Shown here piece by piece: positions 54,516-62,354 of a stretch of DNA of 64,000 nucleotides. Within the stretch, counting starts at the first letter, position 1. Each line of letters begins with the position of its first letter. Under the pieces are notes generated by a model that had not been told where the DNA came from, searched no databases, and saw nothing but the letters and a program-made list of their open reading frames with translations. Source of the stretch: Candidatus Poribacteria bacterium (lineage in GTDB: Bacteria; Poribacteria; WGA-4E; WGA-3G); contig CBDBFU010000027.1 in the NCBI GenBank assembly GCA_965205025.1, forward strand, positions 1-64,000, in the 5' to 3' direction. A program made the position numbers and the translations under genes.

Positions 54516-55092
54516 CTACGCACCTTTCGCCCCTCTGGGCTTATTGTTTTGCGTTTTTACGTTTTCTACACACCTTTCGCCCCTCTGGGGCTTATACATT
54601 ATAATAGTCACGTTTTCTACACACCTTTCGCCCCTCAAATCAACGGTATGAATGCGCGTATGGCATTCCCCGGGGCTTAGGGTATTGGTGATAACGACTT
54701 CTATAAACATTCCGTCCCTACGGGACTCAAGAATGTGTAGCACGCATTTTTGCTATAGACATTTCGTCCCGATGGGACTCAAGAATGTGTAGCACGCATT
54801 TTTGCTATAAACATTCCGTCCCTACGGGACTCAAGAATGTGTAGCACGCATTTTTGCTATAGACATTCCGTCCCGATGGGACTCAAGAATGTGTAGCACG
54901 CATTTTTGCTATAGACATTTCGTTCCTGCGGAACTCAGGAATATGGAACAAATATCTTTGCTATAAACATTTCGTAGATAGGTTTATTGAAGACACCCAT
55001 GTGTTTTTAGAATGGATATAGTCCCGTAGGGACGGAATGTCTATAGAAAACGTGTGTATTCCATAATTGAGTCCCGTAGGGACGGAATGTTT
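54516..55092. repeat. REP array including five 52-bp tandem units (54701-54960)
   Basis: Units start at 54701, 54753, 54805, 54857 and 54909; three CACCTTTCGCCCCTC(T)GGG(G)C hairpins upstream; two inverted copies at ~55020 and ~55069. Confidence 0.9.
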
Positions 55093-55298
55093 ATTGAAAT
55101 CCGCGAATCAAAAAACTGATAGCCAACAGCTGATAGCCAAACAAAAACAACAAGGAAACACAGACATCAAATCGGCTTCCTTGTTGTTTTTGCTTGTTAA
55201 GTATATATATATTAATGTATTGTGTAGAGTGAATACGTTTCCGAACACCTACCAATCACCAATACAGATTATTCGTATAAAATTAACAGGTTTCAGTT

Positions 55299-56045
55299 TC
55301 ACGCTACTGCAGATGTATTTATATTTTGGATTCCTTTCTTATTGACCATCTCCTCAGGATCATACCCACGCCGAACCAGTTCTCCAAATAAAATATCATC
55401 CGCCACCTCTCCAACAGATGTTGAAGTATAGGTTTTCGGTTTTTCTGCCATTACAGAGATGGCTTCGCTTGCTTGCCTCAGTTTTGTATAGTTTACGCCA
55501 AGATATCTTTGTGTAGTCTTAACGTCGTTATGCCCGAGCATCTCACGTACCGTATATATATCGTTAGTTTGCTCATAAAGACGTTGTGCGTAACTTTTAC
55601 GCAAAGAATGTGTAGCAAGCTTCCCGTTGAGTCCGGCTTTTTTAAAGGCAACCTTTAATATAAGGTGTGCGGATTTCCGTGTCATCGGTTGTTTTCCCTG
55701 TCCGTTCCTTGAAGGGAAAACCGGTCGTGACATATTAAGTCGCTTCCCATACTGTTCTTGATGCCACTTGATAATTTCTTGAACCGCTATAGCTCCATCA
55801 GAATTCAGTGGCACTGCGCGTGATGTTTCTTTCCCCTTAACAATAGATTTGTCAAAAAGCAGATCCGTTACAGGCGCATTGTTCTGATAGACATCTGTGA
55901 GTCGAAGCCCCAACAGTTCAGAAATCCGTCCACCGGTAGAAACACCGAGTATAAACAGACATTTATTGCGTATGGCGAAAGTGCCTTCAAAGCATGCCAT
56001 AACCCGGCGTATTTCATCGTTCATGAGAGGTCTTGTACCTTTCAT
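55299..56045 (-). CDS. Tyrosine recombinase, catalytic-domain-only (FimB/FimE-like), candidate invertase
   Basis: RN..LF.LG.STGGRISELL (R), VKGK (K), HSLRKS (HxxR), LGH, TTQRY (Y); AGGAGG RBS before ATG 56045; no N-terminal core- or arm-binding domain. Confidence 0.9.
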   Translation of the reverse strand: MKGTRPLMNDEIRRVMACFEGTFAIRNKCLFILGVSTGGRISELLGLRLTDVYQNNAPVTDLLFDKSIVKGKETSRAVPLNSDGAIAVQEIIKWHQEQYGKRLNMSRPVFPSRNGQGKQPMTRKSAHLILKVAFKKAGLNGKLATHSLRKSYAQRLYEQTNDIYTVREMLGHNDVKTTQRYLGVNYTKLRQASEAISVMAEKPKTYTSTSVGEVADDILFGELVRRGYDPEEMVNKKGIQNINTSAVA

Positions 56046-56700
56046 GGACACCTCCTAAAATAGATTTTATGTATAAAATTTATGTATAAGTATGTGTAAA
56101 TATGTATAAAGCAGTATATGCCGTATATTATGGTTATACGCTTTAATATATAAGCGTGTTGCAAGATAATTTGGCAGTAGTAGACATATTAAACACTGTT
56201 CTAATCACGCTTTAACCCGTGTGTCCCAACGCTCATACCTCCTCTGTATGGGGCGCTTCGATTCCCATTAGCGTCAATTTAGGAAAAAAATTTTGTATCC
56301 CAGGCCGGTAGGTGCGGTTTCCCAACCGCACCGAATTTGTGCCAAATCTTTGATTGAAAGCCTTCGTGTATAATCCACTTCGGTGAATCAACGGTATGAA
56401 TGCCATAAGGCATTCCCCGGGAAACCGAAGCTACCATTATTAAAGGTGAACTAAATTGACGCCTATAATGAAGGACCTCCAATTCCCGACGCTTCCATCC
56501 TTCCACCTCCTCTGTAGGAGGGAATTCCGATTCCCGATTCTTCCGATATATGATTTTCAAATATATAGTTAATCATATTAAGACAATAAACTTTTTATTA
56601 AGTAATATATTATTTATATATGACTTAATACGAATACATTTATTAACAGATACAATGTTTATAGGTAATTATCAATTACTTTTTATGAAATCATTATTTG

Positions 56701-56730
56701 AATGTGACAAAAATCCCCTTTTGTCAGGTT
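56701..56730. other. Right recombination site, core inverted relative to the left site
   Basis: AATGTGACAAAA-ATCCCC-TTTTGTCAGGTT; the central 20 bp is the exact reverse complement of 52007-52026. Confidence 0.8.
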
Positions 56731-56867
56731 TAGACATGGTGGTCATAGATCAAAAAGACAAACAGGTTATCCCTGTCTGTTTAAATATTTAGTTTAGAAG
56801 ATTAGGTTAAGAAGATTTAATTTTCCCTGAATCTTTAACTTGAATTCAACAACTTTATAAGGAGTAT

Positions 56868-59800
56868 ATGATGTTATTGTCAAATAAATTGACATATTGT
56901 ATAACAACTTTTATTTTCCTGGTGGCGTTTGTAGCGGTGCCGGTGATGGCACACACGCCTGGTGACGGTCATGACGCTGCGCATGATGGTGATAATCCTG
57001 CAACTGCTGATGTAGTAGAAACAGATTTTGCAGAAGAAGTCAATCACACTCACACAGCCGCGCCAATGGTATCTGCTATTACAGCAGTTGACACAAAGGG
57101 TCTCCCCGCAGTGGGTGGTACATTAGTCAGCAATGTAGACGGAAGAGATATAGTGCTTGTGGATGATCTAACAGCAGCTGATGATGCACGCTTAGTTATT
57201 GCTCTTACTGATCATGATAATGATGCCACAACTGGCACTCCCCCAACTCCTGAGCAGCTCGCGGCGGGTGCTTTTCAATTGAAGATCACGTTTAATGAGG
57301 ATGTGTATCCCGTAGCTCAGGCTGGTACTACTGCTGGTGTAGCACCTGCCATTGCTGTTGATACTGGTGCTTTTACTGGTGTGACATTCCTCGCAGCAAC
57401 TAAAAATGGAGTGGATGTTTCTACCTCATTCACCCTTGGTACACTTACACGCGTACAAACTGCAGGGGCTGATACTACTGAAGCTACAGATGATGAATTT
57501 TCTTTAAGAGAATTTCTGGTACCGGTTACGGTGGGTGCAGGTTTAACGGAGCTTCAGCTCCCTGTATCGCTTTGGGTAACCGTGGGTGCTAATCAAGTAT
57601 ATACCTTATCGAAAATTGTCAATGGTGAAACAGTACAAGGTCGTGGAAACACAGAATATAGCACTCCTGGATCAGATCCGTTCTCCGTGGATGGTTATGT
57701 GGCACCAACAATAACAACACCAGATGATACTGCAGGTCCGGATATTGTTACATTCACTTCTTCCGCAGCTGATTCTGATGGTAATGTAACTTTTACGCTT
57801 ACCTTTAGTGAGGCTCTTGGAACAAGTGGTCTTATTCCAGCGGACCTTACGATTACTGGTGGAACGTTAGTAACAGACGGTATTACACCGGCAGGTTCAG
57901 CAACGGTTTATATGATAAAGGTTACCCCAGACGATGATCCGACAGAGGCTGAAGTTACAGTAAGGCTTAATGATGGGTCTGTATCAGATAAAGTCGATGG
58001 AGCTCGTTATGTGGAACCTATGGACGAAGCCGATGTGAAGATAGGTAGATATGATACCGTGAACCCAACGGTGAATGCAGTTGCTACAGGTGTTGTTGGA
58101 ACAGGTACAGGAACTGATGGCAACGGTATAGCAGTTGGCATGGTGAAACTTAGCGTCACTTTCAGTGAAGAACTTGGTAGTGACATGGCTGGTTTCGAAA
58201 ATGATGATATTGATAGAACGAATAGTAATGTGTTGTTAACTAACACCGATCCTATGTTAGCTACAATGCCTGAAGGCAACAAAACTGTTTGGGAATTGAC
58301 GGTTACACCTGTGCCAGCAAATGCCGCACAAGTTGTGATTGTTATTAAAGCAGGTTCAGTCATGGACATGGCTACTAATCCGTTATTGCAGGATACGATT
58401 GTAACGTGGACACGTCCTGGGGCTGACACAGAGAGTGATAATCCGGTCGTTACGATTGCACTCGATGCTGGTATGACTTACATTGACTCTGTGAGTGGTG
58501 GTACAGTTACCGTTACAGCCTCTGATAGTGGTAGTGGACTTGCGACCGGTGCGGAAATTATTGAAACTGAAGTCACTATTGAAAATGGAAGCATCATGGC
58601 AGGTAGTTTCACGAAAGGTGCAACTGCAACGTTCACTCTTATTCCAAATGTCGGTGCCATATCGGTAAAAGTGACGGTCGCCGCAGGTGCTGTGGCTGAC
58701 GCTGATGGTAATACCAATGTCCTTCAAACGGACATGACTAAGCCGAACGCGAACCCGATGACATTCAAAGTCGGTCCGACATTCACGATTCCCGCAAATA
58801 CAATATTGGTTGTCACCAAAACAGAAGGGTTGACACATCAATATCTTTCAGATCAACCGAGATTGCCGGTTACCTCAAATCCACCTGTGCCTGCTCCAGA
58901 TATTCAAACGGCTGTTTGGGATAATATGCCGGATTTAGAAGTGCTCTTTAGTCTATCTGGTGGCGGTAACGGCGGTACAATTAACTTAACGGAAGCAATG
59001 GGTCAGGACGAACTTTCACAGACACGTGATGGAGACAAACAACAAAGGAACTCTGTCCGTATATCTGAAGTGATGTGGGCATCTGATCTATCCATGCGTG
59101 GTGCACAAGACGACGCAGAAGCCGCTGAACAGTGGATTGAAATTAGTAATGATACAGGCGAAGAGGTTGAAATCTTCTTGTTCGCCAGAACAGGACGAGA
59201 TTCTGCTATCAACGTTGATGATGTAGAAGATAGAGTCGGTAACGCATATAATGGTAGTCCTGGTTCTGCACCGTGGGCAGTTAAGGGTCAGAACGGGAAT
59301 AGTTATACTGGTGTAGACTTTATCTCAATGCACAGAAGTTACGTGACCGGTGATAATCGCGGTTATGTGAATGGAACATCAAGTGGTCATTGGCATAATT
59401 CGGATAGAGAGTATCTCACACTGGCGACAAGAAACCCGAATGATGGTGCGCTTTATAATTATATCGGTTCACCGGGTCGTCCACATACTTTCAATCTAAC
59501 ACTACCGAATACCCGTGAACGTACTACAATGGTTGCGCGAGTAAAAGAGAAAAATGATGACGGCTCGGACAAAAAAGATGGAAACGGTAAGCAGATATAC
59601 AAAAGTGTGCCTACTGTTATCATCAATGAAGTTGCGAACCGTGACAATGCTAATGCCGAGTATGAATGGATTGAACTCAAGAACGTTAGCAGTAGCAATG
59701 TTAATTTACGGAACTGGATGATTTCAATGGTAACAGAAGTCGGAACAGACCGTCCATTAGTTCAGTTTCCGAATAACAATAATGCCCAGATTGGACCTGG

Positions 59801-61673
59801 AGAAGTTCTCCTGCTACTTGCTACGGATCCGAGACATGACGATGATCACCCGATCGCTGTCGGTCTGAACGTTGATATTCCTCATGCAAGTGATCAAGTA
59901 GATGGTCTGGGTCTCGTTGAAGGAGATAACAGTAACCGTAAACCACCAAGACAAAAAGTGGTAACTTTCGAAAATGGTGGTCTGCCTGATAATGGCAATT
60001 ATATATTGATTCTCCGTAGACATGACAACCATGAAGGTCATAGATCTGGTGTTGATGGCGGTAAAGGTGTTGCTGAAACCGGTGAAGCAGACATTGATAA
60101 AATCATGGATATTGCCGGGCACCATGAAGGATTGAGTAAATCCAACTATCCAGCGTCAACCCCAGAAGGTCTCAATAGTACAACCCTCTGGCCCTTGTGG
60201 AACTTCAACGGTGATATGCGTCCGCATCGTGGACATGGCGACTGGAATCACAGACGTCATAATCGTATTGAGGCAAACAAGGTTCGTTATCGTCAACACG
60301 TTTCTACTTATGCGAAAAACGATGGTGATGGTGGAACACCCGGTAACCGTGCAGGTACAGGTACAAATCACAAAGATGAAAATGTTGGAAACTACGCTTT
60401 CCGTGATGCAGATTATACCGGCCTCGGTTATAAACGTACTGCCAGAATAGCTGGCTACAATCACGGTACACCCGGATACGATGGTAATAGTGTTGGGAAT
60501 ACCGGTATTGTCAAAGCTACGGCTGCAGATGCTATGGTAACCATCAGTGAGGTCATGTATTCCACTGGTCCTGATGCTGATAATCCGATATTACCGCAGT
60601 GGATTGAGCTTTACAATAGTTCACCTACCGTCGCGGTTAATCTGAGAGGTTGGAAACTCCGCTTTGAAATGCTTGATGCTGATGGCAATCCGATGGATAG
60701 CCTCATGTACCTCGAATTCAATAAGAGTCGGGTGAAAACTATCCTTCCACAACAGACAGTTCTGATTGTTGCGGGGAATGCCAGACAAGCAAATAGTGAT
60801 TCTGCGACAGGTGGCGATGTGTTTAATGACAATCGTGTCTTCAATGTCTTCAGAGATTATGGTGGCGCGAATAAGTTCGGCGCGAACACACGTTATATGT
60901 TCTTCGATCAGAAAGTATTTTACATCGGAGTCATTGACAAAGATGGCAAGGTCGTAGACGAAGTCGGTAACCTTGACGGTGATTCCAGAACAAGTGATAC
61001 GAATAACTGGGAATTCCCATCTGGTATCGCTGCTGACGATAACCGTACATCTATCATCCGTGTCTATGATGATGCTGATGGTCTTGGCGGTGAATCTGGT
61101 AAGGCACGCACTGGAAAGAACACAGCAGAAAGTAATGTCATGCCTATTTTCGGAAGCGGTGACAAGAAAATGACAGATGATGACGGCATTGCTGATAAGT
61201 GGAGTTGGATACCCGCTGTGAATACCGAACGGGAATTCAAAATCACTATCAAGTCTACTTGGTACGGTGACGAAGACGATTACGGTACACCTGGAAACCG
61301 TCCGGGTATGGTGCTACCTGTTGAGTTATCACACTTCCGTCCCACACTTGAAGATGGCGAAGTTACGATCCGTTGGACAACCGAATCCGAACTTGACAAC
61401 GCCGGATTTAATATCCTTCGTAGTGAAACTCGGGACGGTGAGTATACACAGATCAACGCTGAGCTTATCGAAGGTGCTGGTACCACAGGTGAACGTAACA
61501 CCTATAAATGGGTTGATCAGACTGCCAAACCAGGTGTTGTGTACTACTACCAAATTGAAGATGTATCTTTTGCTGGTGAACGCCAAGCACTTGCTATAAC
61601 CAAGTTGAAAGGCTTAATCTCAGCAGAGAACAAACTTACAACGACGTGGAGTGAGCTAAAAGCTTCACAATAA
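56868..61673 (+). CDS. Large (1601 aa) secreted lamin-tail-domain/Ig-like surface protein, right copy (intact)
   Basis: AAGGAG RBS, signal peptide, Big_13-like TFSE repeats, three LTD-like modules, FN3-like LPVELSHF domain, KLTTTWSELKASQ tail. Confidence 0.9.
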   Translation: MMLLSNKLTYCITTFIFLVAFVAVPVMAHTPGDGHDAAHDGDNPATADVVETDFAEEVNHTHTAAPMVSAITAVDTKGLPAVGGTLVSNVDGRDIVLVDDLTAADDARLVIALTDHDNDATTGTPPTPEQLAAGAFQLKITFNEDVYPVAQAGTTAGVAPAIAVDTGAFTGVTFLAATKNGVDVSTSFTLGTLTRVQTAGADTTEATDDEFSLREFLVPVTVGAGLTELQLPVSLWVTVGANQVYTLSKIVNGETVQGRGNTEYSTPGSDPFSVDGYVAPTITTPDDTAGPDIVTFTSSAADSDGNVTFTLTFSEALGTSGLIPADLTITGGTLVTDGITPAGSATVYMIKVTPDDDPTEAEVTVRLNDGSVSDKVDGARYVEPMDEADVKIGRYDTVNPTVNAVATGVVGTGTGTDGNGIAVGMVKLSVTFSEELGSDMAGFENDDIDRTNSNVLLTNTDPMLATMPEGNKTVWELTVTPVPANAAQVVIVIKAGSVMDMATNPLLQDTIVTWTRPGADTESDNPVVTIALDAGMTYIDSVSGGTVTVTASDSGSGLATGAEIIETEVTIENGSIMAGSFTKGATATFTLIPNVGAISVKVTVAAGAVADADGNTNVLQTDMTKPNANPMTFKVGPTFTIPANTILVVTKTEGLTHQYLSDQPRLPVTSNPPVPAPDIQTAVWDNMPDLEVLFSLSGGGNGGTINLTEAMGQDELSQTRDGDKQQRNSVRISEVMWASDLSMRGAQDDAEAAEQWIEISNDTGEEVEIFLFARTGRDSAINVDDVEDRVGNAYNGSPGSAPWAVKGQNGNSYTGVDFISMHRSYVTGDNRGYVNGTSSGHWHNSDREYLTLATRNPNDGALYNYIGSPGRPHTFNLTLPNTRERTTMVARVKEKNDDGSDKKDGNGKQIYKSVPTVIINEVANRDNANAEYEWIELKNVSSSNVNLRNWMISMVTEVGTDRPLVQFPNNNNAQIGPGEVLLLLATDPRHDDDHPIAVGLNVDIPHASDQVDGLGLVEGDNSNRKPPRQKVVTFENGGLPDNGNYILILRRHDNHEGHRSGVDGGKGVAETGEADIDKIMDIAGHHEGLSKSNYPASTPEGLNSTTLWPLWNFNGDMRPHRGHGDWNHRRHNRIEANKVRYRQHVSTYAKNDGDGGTPGNRAGTGTNHKDENVGNYAFRDADYTGLGYKRTARIAGYNHGTPGYDGNSVGNTGIVKATAADAMVTISEVMYSTGPDADNPILPQWIELYNSSPTVAVNLRGWKLRFEMLDADGNPMDSLMYLEFNKSRVKTILPQQTVLIVAGNARQANSDSATGGDVFNDNRVFNVFRDYGGANKFGANTRYMFFDQKVFYIGVIDKDGKVVDEVGNLDGDSRTSDTNNWEFPSGIAADDNRTSIIRVYDDADGLGGESGKARTGKNTAESNVMPIFGSGDKKMTDDDGIADKWSWIPAVNTEREFKITIKSTWYGDEDDYGTPGNRPGMVLPVELSHFRPTLEDGEVTIRWTTESELDNAGFNILRSETRDGEYTQINAELIEGAGTTGERNTYKWVDQTAKPGVVYYYQIEDVSFAGERQALAITKLKGLISAENKLTTTWSELKASQ

Positions 61674-61835
61674 GGTTGAATTTCAGGGATAATTTAACCA
61701 ATTCTCCTCACAGTAAGGATGCTGCAGTATCCTTACTGTGGGAAATCTAACTAAAACTATTCCCGTTTAGGAGACTGTTGAAAATCCGGTGCAACAGTTT
61801 CCTACTGGGAATACTTAGCTAACCTAAGCTATTCA

Positions 61836-61873
61836 ATAAAGTAAGGACATTGCTTGCAATGTCCTTACTTTAT
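61836..61873. terminator. 18-bp perfect hairpin downstream of the right lamin-tail gene
   Basis: ATAAAGTAAGGACATTGC-TT-GCAATGTCCTTACTTTAT. Confidence 0.65.
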
Positions 61874-62354
61874 ATACACACAGTTTCCTACGATATGATT
61901 TATGGTAGGTTCGGTGAATCAACGGTATGAACACCTTTAGGCGTTCCCCGGGAAACCGCATCATATAGGCGTCAATTTAGTGGTTTTCCCAGGCCGGTAG
62001 GTGCGATTTCCTAATCGCACTGGATCCTTCGCGAAAAAATTTATGAACGCAATTGGAACAAACCCGGTTCGGTGAATCAACGGTATGAACACCTTTAGGC
62101 GTTCCCCGGGAAACCGAACCTACCGACCTGAAATTTATAGCGTACTTCTCCTTAAATTGACGCTAATGAATCAACGGTATGAATGCCTTATGGCATTCCC
62201 TGTGGTTAGGAAAACGCATCTACCGGGCATGAAAAAATAGGAAACGGCACTACCTTTGTTGAAGAAACACAAGATTACATAAAACCTTTTTCAAATTTCA
62301 GAAGACATTATCGAAGACATCATATTTTTCTTATATTTATTTAGGAGACATACA

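Noticed and set aside
54701-54960. Possible CRISPR array (palindromic ~28-bp repeat, 52-bp period)
   Set aside because: The intervening sequences are essentially identical rather than unique spacers, the repeats occur in both orientations around tnpA, and no cas genes are present; this is a REP array.
40086-56045. Tyrosine recombinase as integrase of a tRNA-anchored island or prophage
   Set aside because: It is 15 kb from the tRNAs and on their 5' side, I saw no duplicated tRNA 3' end or phage genes, the enzyme lacks an arm-binding domain, and inverted cognate-looking sites flank it.
52200-56792. Short ORFs 52200..52502, 52589..52798, 53483..53665, 54390..54743, 55067..55345, 56279..56560 and 56550..56792
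   Set aside because: They are translations of promoter DNA, REP repeats or AT-rich spacer with no recognisable protein features.
46955-61673. Diversity-generating retroelement or multi-cassette shufflon
   Set aside because: No reverse transcriptase, no adenine-specific TR/VR pair noticed, and I found only two copies of the recombination site, both outside coding sequence.
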